From Bacillota bacterium (GTDB taxonomy: Bacteria > Bacillota > Clostridia > Christensenellales > Pumilibacteraceae), in the NCBI GenBank assembly GCA_009777485.1, contig WRLT01000002.1, positions 177,968 through 241,967 on the forward strand: DNA of 64,000 nucleotides, read 5' to 3'. The notes below the pieces were generated by a model. That model was not told the DNA's origin, ran no database searches, and saw only the letters and a list, made by a program, of their open reading frames with translations. Each line of letters opens with the position of its first letter. Position 1 is the stretch's first letter. Positions 57,751-64,000 of this stretch are shown here, in pieces. A program made the translations under genes and the position numbers.

Positions 57751-58684
57751 ATGAAAACCGCAGGAAAAAAAAGCAATAGGACTGCTAGCCTTGTTTTTGT
57801 TATGCGTTACGGTTTTTTCTGCGTGTGAACTTTTTGGCGGCGTTAAGGACGGGCGCACGTTGGAAGGCGTAACCATGACAACCGAAAGCTTAACGTATCC
57901 GCGTGATGTAGAAGTTATTACGGTTATTTGGGAAAACAATACCGACAAAAACTTGCTTTTCGGCGATTACTATCATTTGGAAAGACAATCCAATAACAAA
58001 TGGCAAACGGTCAAGTCCAAAAACACGGACTTTAACGATATCGGCTACGATTTAGCGCCCCACTCCGCGCATAGCCACAGCTATCCTATAAAGTTTGGGT
58101 ATAGCAATCTTAAAGCAGGCAAGTATAGACTGGCAGCCCACTTTTTTGATTTTTCCGATATCCCCGTTACCGAAGACGATAAATATTGGGTGTATGCGGA
58201 ATTTGATTTGCTAACGGATAAAGCGGCACGTGCAGCGGGGCATTTTTTTATGACGGGTTTCGGCGGCGGGCTGCAAAACTTTCCGTTTGAAACTTATCGT
58301 CCTGACCATCAGCCTGAATATTATTACCCTTTAATAATTCCTATAACAAGCAAAGAACAAACAGCCGTTTTTTCCGAAGTGCATTCACAAACATGGAACG
58401 GCTTTTGGGAAAAGAACAACATATTTACCGACTTAATCGCAAGCTACGACGATGCCTTTTTTAAAGACAAGCAGCTGATAACTTTTTTTGTTACGGCGGC
58501 GGGCGGCGCGTATAGGTTTGAGTTGTCGCTAACCGTTTACGCAGACGGGGTTTTAAGGATTTACCTAAATCATTTTTCAATAGGAGGAGGACACGACGCA
58601 TTAGTTGATTGGTTTGCTATTGTTGAGGTTGATAAAATTCCTGCGGATACCGAAATAGAAATAATAATCAATAATCGGTGGTAA
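57751..58684 (+). CDS. Lipoprotein gene interrupted by a +1 frameshift in an A8 homopolymer. It is a candidate phase-variable gene or a sequencing indel.
   Basis: The ATG at 57751 has GGAGGCAGAG upstream and encodes MKTAGKK, then leaves frame after the A8 run at 57765-57772. With seven A's it reads MKTAGKKAIGLLALFLLCVTVFSAC…, a perfect lipobox, continuous with ORF 57791..58684. Confidence 0.5.
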
Positions 58685-58724
58685 TTTATTTTTTAGTTTT
58701 TTTAAAAAAGTGCTGAAAAACTGT

Positions 58725-58759
58725 TGACAATTATTTTGAATTTTACTATAATAACTAAG
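58725..58759 (+). promoter_or_regulatory. Consensus sigma-A promoter (TTGACA-17-TATAAT) of the S10 operon
   Basis: TTGACAATTATTTTGAATTTTACTATAAT. Confidence 0.55.
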
Positions 58760-58846
58760 CTTGGCGTTTGCTAGGTATTTTTTATCCGTGCTAAAATGGC
58801 ACACCCGACCCAGTTGTCAAAACTGTAAAAAAGAGGTAACCGTCCT

Positions 58847-59155
58847 ATGGCAAGTCAGAAAATCAGAATTAAATTAAAAGCATACGACCACGAGCTTTTA
58901 GATAGTTCGGCGGCGCGTATTGTAGAAACCGCCCGCAAAACAGGCACTAGGGTAACAGGCCCGCTGCCGCTGCCTACCGATAAAGAGGTAGTTACCATAC
59001 TGCGCGCGGTGCATAAGTATAAGGATTCGCGCGAGCAGTTCGAAACTAAAACGCATAAACGTCTTATCGACATTTACAGCCCGTCCTCTAAAACGGTGGA
59101 TTCGCTTATGAAGTTGGATTTGCCCGCAGGCGTAGACATACAGATTAAATTATAA
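58847..59155 (+). CDS. rpsJ: 30S ribosomal protein S10
   Basis: [19 protein letters not shown]…. Confidence 0.9.
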   Translation: MASQKIRIKLKAYDHELLDSSAARIVETARKTGTRVTGPLPLPTDKEVVTILRAVHKYKDSREQFETKTHKRLIDIYSPSSKTVDSLMKLDLPAGVDIQIKL

Positions 59156-59188
59156 CAAGGTTCGTTATTTGTTAAAAAAGGATTGAAC

Positions 59189-59821
59189 ATGGAAAAGGCT
59201 ATTATAGGTAAAAAATTAGGCATGACCCAGGTCTTCGATGAAACAGGAATTATGATACCTGTTACCGTAGTTGAGGCCGGGCCTATGACGGTAGTACGTA
59301 AAAAAACGTTAGAGCGCGACGGTTATGCCGCGCTGGTAACGGCTTTTGGCGCGGCAAAAGAAGATGCTTTAAACCAACCCGAAGCGGGGCTTTTTAAAAA
59401 GGCCAAGCTGTCGGCTAAAAAGGTATTAAAAGAGTTTAAGTTTTCCGATTGCGAAAAGTTTGACATAGGCAGCGATATCAAATGCGACATTTTTTCTAAC
59501 GGCGATGTCGTAGACGTAAGCGGCGTAAGCAAAGGGCACGGTTTTGCGGGAACGATTAAACGGTGGGGGCACAGCCGCCTTAAAGAAACGCACGGTACGG
59601 GCCCCGTTGTGCGGCACGGCGGTTCGCAAGGCGCGCGTTCTACCCCAGGGCGCGTTATAAAAGGAATGAAAATGCCCGGTCAATACGGCAGCGAAAACGT
59701 AACGGTTCAAAATCTTAAAATAGTTAAAGTAGACCTTGCCCGCAACGTATTACTGATAAAGGGTGCGGTTCCGGGCCCTAACGGCGGATTAGTTACGGTA
59801 AAACAAGCCGTCAAACAATAG
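59189..59821 (+). CDS. rplC: 50S ribosomal protein L3
   Basis: MEKAIIGKKLGMTQVFDE… The ATG at 59189 lies 6 nt after AAAAAAGGA. The listed start at 59183 is a TTG. Confidence 0.9.
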   Translation: MEKAIIGKKLGMTQVFDETGIMIPVTVVEAGPMTVVRKKTLERDGYAALVTAFGAAKEDALNQPEAGLFKKAKLSAKKVLKEFKFSDCEKFDIGSDIKCDIFSNGDVVDVSGVSKGHGFAGTIKRWGHSRLKETHGTGPVVRHGGSQGARSTPGRVIKGMKMPGQYGSENVTVQNLKIVKVDLARNVLLIKGAVPGPNGGLVTVKQAVKQ

Positions 59822-59841
59822 AAAGGAGCAAACTGGCAAAC

Positions 59842-60531
59842 ATGGCTAACGTAAATGTATATAAGCAAACGGGCGAGAAAAAAGGCTCGGTAAAGTTGGA
59901 CGACTCGGTTTTCGGGGCGGAGTTCAACGAGCCGCTCGTGCATCAGGTAATTACGGCACAGCGCAACAACGCCCGTCAAGGCACGAAGTGCAGCTTAACG
60001 CGTACCGAAGTGCGCGGCGGCGGCAAAAAACCGTGGCGGCAAAAAGGCACGGGGCGTGCGCGGCACGGTTCTAGCCGTTCGCCTATTTGGACAGGCGGCG
60101 GTGTAGCATTCGCGCCTAAGCCCCGCGATTTTTCGCAAAAGATTAACAAACAACAACGGCGCGGCGCATTGATTTCGGTGCTGTCGGAAAAGGTAGCCAA
60201 AGACCAGTTTCTTATTATAGACGAGATCAATTTAAAAGATGTTAAAACCAAAGAAATGTCCGCAATTTTTGAAGCGTTTAAATTAGATATAAAAACGCAT
60301 ACCGTAACGGACGACGCAGGCAAAAAGGTACAAAAGGTAAGTAAGGCATTGCCGAAAATTTTACTGGTAGTAGGCGAAAACGATGCAAACGTAGTGCGCG
60401 CCGCAAAAAACATACCGTATGTAAAAACCGTTTCAGGCGCGTTGGTAAACGTATACGATTTGGTGGTAAGCGATAAATGCGTAGTTACGTTGGAGGCGGC
60501 AAAAAAAATCGAAGAGGCCTACAAGGATTAA
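59842..60531 (+). CDS. rplD: 50S ribosomal protein L4
   Basis: MANVNVYKQTGEKKGSVKLDD…. Confidence 0.9.
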   Translation: MANVNVYKQTGEKKGSVKLDDSVFGAEFNEPLVHQVITAQRNNARQGTKCSLTRTEVRGGGKKPWRQKGTGRARHGSSRSPIWTGGGVAFAPKPRDFSQKINKQQRRGALISVLSEKVAKDQFLIIDEINLKDVKTKEMSAIFEAFKLDIKTHTVTDDAGKKVQKVSKALPKILLVVGENDANVVRAAKNIPYVKTVSGALVNVYDLVVSDKCVVTLEAAKKIEEAYKD

Positions 60532-60653
60532 ACGGTTTATACGCACCGTATACGCACTACGCTTGCCTTGCCGCCTCAGTTGAGTACATCTGAGTACACG
60601 CCTTTCGGCGGCGCGGCAACTGTTGTCCGTCTACGGCACGTCTAAACCGTTTA
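60529..60653 (+). repeat. Structured intergenic element, copy F (variant 3, about 92% identical to copy E), between rplD and rplW inside the S10 operon
   Basis: CCGTATACG-CACTACGCTTGCC-TTGCCGCC-TCAGTTGAGTACATCTGAGTACACGCCTTTCGGCGGCGCGGCAACTGTTG-TCCGTCTACGG. The outer inverted repeat is TAAACGGTTTATACG (including the rplD TAA stop) against CGTCTAAACCGTTTA. Confidence 0.7.
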
Positions 60654-60678
60654 AATAAACTCATCTAAAGGAGATATT

Positions 60679-60969
60679 ATGGATATTTACGAAATCATTA
60701 AAAAGCCGATACTTACCGAAAAATCTACCGCAGGTATTGCGGTTAAAAAATATGCGTTTGTAGTAGATGTGCGCGCCACAAAAACGCAAATCAAATCGGC
60801 GGTAGAACAGCTGTTTAACGTAAAAGTCGAAAAAGTAAACACCGTAAACGTGCGCGGCAAGTTTAAACGTCAAGGCCGCAATGAGGGCTATACCTCTAAA
60901 AGTAAAAAAGCATACGTCAAGCTGAAAGAGGGCGAAAAGCCCATTCCGTTCTTTGAAGGACTGGTGTAA
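60679..60969 (+). CDS. rplW: 50S ribosomal protein L23
   Basis: [16 protein letters not shown]…. Confidence 0.9.
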   Translation: MDIYEIIKKPILTEKSTAGIAVKKYAFVVDVRATKTQIKSAVEQLFNVKVEKVNTVNVRGKFKRQGRNEGYTSKSKKAYVKLKEGEKPIPFFEGLV

Positions 60970-60980
60970 GGAGCAAACAA

Positions 60981-61811
60981 ATGGCAGTAAAAAGATTTAA
61001 ACCTATAACGCCCGGTACGCGGTTTAAAACCGTCCCCGATTTTGCCGAACTTACCAAAGACGCAAAGCCGGAGAAGTCGCTTTTGGTTTCTAAAAACCGC
61101 AAGGGCGGCCGCAACAACACGGGCAGAATTACCGTGCGCCATATCGGCGGCGGCAACCGCATTAAATACCGCATTATAGATTTTAAGCGCAACAAGGACG
61201 ATATTCCCGCAAAGGTACACGCTATCGAATACGACCCTAACCGTTCTGCGTATATTGCACTGCTGCATTATGCCGACGGCGAAAAACGTTATATTCTTGC
61301 GCCCTTAGGGCTTAGCGCGGGCGACACCGTAATAAGCGGCGGCGCGGCGGATATAAAAGCAGGAAACGCAATGCCGCTTAGCGCAATCCCCGTAGGTACT
61401 ATGGTGCATAACATCGAAATGCAGCCTAACCGCGGCGGACAGCTGGCAAAGTCGGCAGGAACGGCCGCGCAGCTTATGGCAAAAGAAGGCAAGTACGCTA
61501 CGCTGCGTCTGCCCTCCGGCGAAATGCGCATGGTGCCGATTACGTGCCGCGCCACTATCGGACAGGTAGGCAACGTAGAGCATGAGCTGATTTCTATCGG
61601 AAAAGCAGGGCGCAAACGCCATATGGGCATTAAGCCCACCGTGCGCGGCGTGGTTATGAACCCTTGCGACCATCCGCACGGCGGCGGCGAAGGAAAATCT
61701 CCTATCGGCAAAGCAGGGCCTGTAACCCCGTGGGGCAAACCTACGTTAGGGTACAAAACGCGTAAAAAGCGTAAAGGCAGCAGCAAATTTATAGTAAAGC
61801 GCATCAACTAA
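60981..61811 (+). CDS. rplB: 50S ribosomal protein L2
   Basis: [15 protein letters not shown]…. Confidence 0.9.
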   Translation: MAVKRFKPITPGTRFKTVPDFAELTKDAKPEKSLLVSKNRKGGRNNTGRITVRHIGGGNRIKYRIIDFKRNKDDIPAKVHAIEYDPNRSAYIALLHYADGEKRYILAPLGLSAGDTVISGGAADIKAGNAMPLSAIPVGTMVHNIEMQPNRGGQLAKSAGTAAQLMAKEGKYATLRLPSGEMRMVPITCRATIGQVGNVEHELISIGKAGRKRHMGIKPTVRGVVMNPCDHPHGGGEGKSPIGKAGPVTPWGKPTLGYKTRKKRKGSSKFIVKRIN

Positions 61812-61864
61812 TCCGATTAAAAGTAAAATGATTAAATCCCGCGTTAAGGAGTACATCTAAGCTT

Positions 61865-62146
61865 ATGAGCAGAAGTATAAAAAAAGGTCCCTACGTCGAA
61901 CCCAAGCTTTTAAAAAAAGTGGAGGCGATGGGCAAACTTCAAGATAAAAAAGTAATTAAAACGTGGTCGCGCGCGTCTACGATTTTTCCCGAATTTGTAG
62001 GCTGCACCATTGCGGTTCACGACGGTAAAAAACACGTTCCTGTGTATTGCACCGAGTCTATGGTCGGGCATAAGCTGGGCGAGTTTGCCCCCACGCGCAC
62101 CTTTAAGGGGCACGCAGGCGCAAAAACCACGAAGGGTAAGAGGTAG
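61865..62146 (+). CDS. rpsS: 30S ribosomal protein S19
   Basis: [19 protein letters not shown]…. Confidence 0.9.
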   Translation: MSRSIKKGPYVEPKLLKKVEAMGKLQDKKVIKTWSRASTIFPEFVGCTIAVHDGKKHVPVYCTESMVGHKLGEFAPTRTFKGHAGAKTTKGKR

Positions 62147-62151
62147 TTTAT

Positions 62152-62547
62152 ATGGCAACCAGAATGAACGAAAAGAAAATCCGCAACAAGGAAATGCGGG
62201 ATACGCGTCCTCGTGCAGAGGCCCGTTATATACGCATCTCTCCGTTTAAGGTGCGCGTAGTATTAAACCTGCTGCGCGGAAAATCCGTAAACGAGGCGCT
62301 TGCGATTTTAGAATCTACGCCGAAAGCGGCATCCGAGCCTGTAACCAAGCTGATACGTTCTGCAACGGCAAACGCCGAGCATAATCAAGGCTTATCGCGC
62401 GCGGACTTGCGGGTTGCCGAAATTTACGCGGGCGCAGGCCCTATCTTAAAGCGTATGCAGCCTCAATCCAAAGGCAGAGGCCACAGGATTAACAAACGCA
62501 CGTCCCACATCACGGTGATTTTGGATACCGCAAAGGAGAGTAATTAA
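62152..62547 (+). CDS. rplV: 50S ribosomal protein L22 (N-terminally extended)
   Basis: …[30 protein letters not shown]…. Confidence 0.85.
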   Translation: MATRMNEKKIRNKEMRDTRPRAEARYIRISPFKVRVVLNLLRGKSVNEALAILESTPKAASEPVTKLIRSATANAEHNQGLSRADLRVAEIYAGAGPILKRMQPQSKGRGHRINKRTSHITVILDTAKESN

Positions 62548-62549
62548 TT

Positions 62550-63224
62550 ATGGGTCAAAAGGTTCATCCGCACGGGCTGCGCGTAGGCATCATCGAGGGC
62601 TGGAACGCCAACTGGTACGCAGGTAAAAAGGATTTCGGCGCACTGTTATACGAAGACCATAAGCTGCGTACGTTTATCAAAAAAAAGTATTACGCGTACG
62701 GTATCAGCAAGGTAACCACCGAACGTCCGCAAGGCAAGGTTATTATTAACATCTTTACCTCTAAGCCGGGTATGATTATCGGTCAAAAGGGCGCGGGAAT
62801 TGAGCAGTTAAAAAAAGAATTGCAAAAAATCGCGCCCGATAAATCACTCCACATCAATATCATGGAAGTGAAACGCCCCGACATGGATTCGGTTCTTGTA
62901 GCAGAATCTATCGCGGCGCAGCTTGAAAAACGCGCGTCCTTCCGCCGCACCATGAAACAAGCCATGGGCAGGGTAATGCGTTCGGGCGCAAAGGGTGTAA
63001 AGGTAATGGTTTCGGGAAGGCTTGACGGTGCGGAAATCGCCCGAAGCGAGCATTACCACGACGGGTCAATTCCGCTGCAAACCTTACGTGCGGATATAGA
63101 TTACGGAACCGCAACCGCCCGTACCACATTCGGCGCAATCGGCGTTAAGGTGTGGATTTACAAGGGCGAGGTACTGCCCAAGTCTAAGGGCGAGGGAAGA
63201 GCCAACTCTTACAACAACGATTAA
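62550..63224 (+). CDS. rpsC: 30S ribosomal protein S3
   Basis: [14 protein letters not shown]…. Confidence 0.9.
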   Translation: MGQKVHPHGLRVGIIEGWNANWYAGKKDFGALLYEDHKLRTFIKKKYYAYGISKVTTERPQGKVIINIFTSKPGMIIGQKGAGIEQLKKELQKIAPDKSLHINIMEVKRPDMDSVLVAESIAAQLEKRASFRRTMKQAMGRVMRSGAKGVKVMVSGRLDGAEIARSEHYHDGSIPLQTLRADIDYGTATARTTFGAIGVKVWIYKGEVLPKSKGEGRANSYNND

Positions 63225-63281
63225 AAAAATCAAATTCAATAGCAGCAGTACGTAAACTTGCTGACTATTCGGAGAAAAACT

Positions 63282-63764
63282 ATGTTAATGCCAAAAAGAG
63301 TAAAACGCCGCAGGGTTCACCGCGGCAGAATGACCGGAAAAGCCACTAAGGGCAATGTAATCGCATACGGCGACTACGGGCTTGTGGCAACCGAATCGGG
63401 ATGGGTAACGTCTAATCAAATAGAGTCTGCCCGTATCGCTATGACGCGTTATATTAAACGCGGCGGCAAGGTATGGATAGATATTTTCCCGCATAAGCCC
63501 GTAACTAAAAAGCCTGCCGAAACGCGCATGGGTTCGGGTAAAGGCAGCCCAGAGTACTGGGTAGCCGTAGTAAAGCCGGGCCGCGTTATGTTTGAAATGA
63601 GCGGAGTAGCCGAAGACGTTGCGCGCGAGGCCTTGCGTCTTGCCATGCACAAGCTTCCCGTTAAATGTAAGTTTATGCGCAAAGAAGAAACCGTATCGGC
63701 GGACGCGCCTGAACCTAAACCCCAAAAAGAAAATAAAGCAGCAGAGGAGGGAGGGAAAGCATGA
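63282..63764 (+). CDS. rplP: 50S ribosomal protein L16, with a short acidic/Lys-rich C-terminal extension
   Basis: [25 protein letters not shown]… The ATG at 63282 follows GGAGAAAAACT. The listed start at 63258 has no SD. Confidence 0.85.
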   Translation: MLMPKRVKRRRVHRGRMTGKATKGNVIAYGDYGLVATESGWVTSNQIESARIAMTRYIKRGGKVWIDIFPHKPVTKKPAETRMGSGKGSPEYWVAVVKPGRVMFEMSGVAEDVAREALRLAMHKLPVKCKFMRKEETVSADAPEPKPQKENKAAEEGGKA

Positions 63765-64000
63765 AAACTGAAAAATTTCACGAATTAAAAATGGACGAGC
63801 TGACGAATCGGCTGCGCGAACTAAAAGAAAAACTGTTCCGTCTCCGTTTTTCCCACGCCACAGGACAATTAGCCAACCCTATGGAAATGGCGGGCTGTAA
63901 AAAGGATATTGCAAGGGTAAAAACCGTATTGCGCGAGCGCGAAATTAAAGCGTTAGCGGCGGGGCTGAAAAAGCAAGCTGTAAAAAATGAGGCAAGCAAA
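63761..64000 (+). CDS. rpmC: 50S ribosomal protein L29, running to the window edge
   Basis: [30 protein letters not shown]… Its ATGA start overlaps the rplP stop. Confidence 0.8.
   Translation, partial: MKTEKFHELKMDELTNRLRELKEKLFRLRFSHATGQLANPMEMAGCKKDIARVKTVLREREIKALAAGLKKQAVKNEASK

Noticed and set aside
61289-61807. Minus-strand ORFs of 172 and 124 aa inside rplB
   Set aside because: Antisense to ribosomal protein L2. They are an artefact of GC-rich codon usage.
61840-61864. GTACATCTAAG just upstream of rpsS, resembling the GTACATCTAGGTAC block of the repeat family
   Set aside because: It is only an 8-9 nt match, sitting inside an ordinary SD-to-ATG spacer (AAGGAGTACATCTAAGCTTATG). The other conserved blocks and the inverted arms are absent. 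A chance match at this length is expected about once in 64 kb.
1-64000. CRISPR arrays and cas genes
   Set aside because: I found no regularly spaced direct repeats with unique spacers. The repeat families present are dispersed (the stop-codon elements) or cassette duplications.

Overview
This window comes from a moderately GC-rich (about 50%) Firmicutes/Clostridia-like chromosome. The conserved genes are hisS, an orphan ABC ATPase, tRNA-Ala(GGC), ogt, glf, a GH3 beta-glucosidase, an NfeD/flotillin pair, desulfoferrodoxin, infC-rpmI-rplT behind an L20-type leader, trmH, yebC, proA, a radC-like gene, dnaN, dnaX, ybaB, recR, and the S10 ribosomal operon (rpsJ to rpmC). Several AT-rich accessory blocks interrupt them. 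(1) An island of roughly 8.5 kb lies directly 3' of tRNA-Ala and carries two restriction-modification systems. One is a fused tandem Dam-like m6A methyltransferase with an HNH endonuclease (Type IIS-like). The other is a HaeIII-like C5-cytosine methyltransferase with its endonuclease. The island also carries a four-helix-bundle protein, a DUF4375-like protein and structured non-coding DNA. (2) An AT-rich solitary PD-(D/E)xK nuclease candidate. (3) A locus of paralogous small lipoprotein cassettes that share a duplicated promoter and leader, flanked by large GLUG-repeat and BspA-type leucine-rich-repeat surface proteins. The most unusual signal is a family of six intergenic elements of roughly 70-130 bp, all in the same orientation and each placed immediately after the stop codon of a + strand gene, including positions inside the dnaN-dnaX, ybaB-recR and rplD-rplW junctions. 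Each copy has conserved single-stranded-looking blocks (ACGCTTG, GTACATCTAGGTAC, CAACTGTTG) separated by covarying stems. Each is also bracketed by a copy-specific 15-25 bp inverted repeat made from the last codons and stop codon of the upstream gene. I do not recognise this as a described element class.
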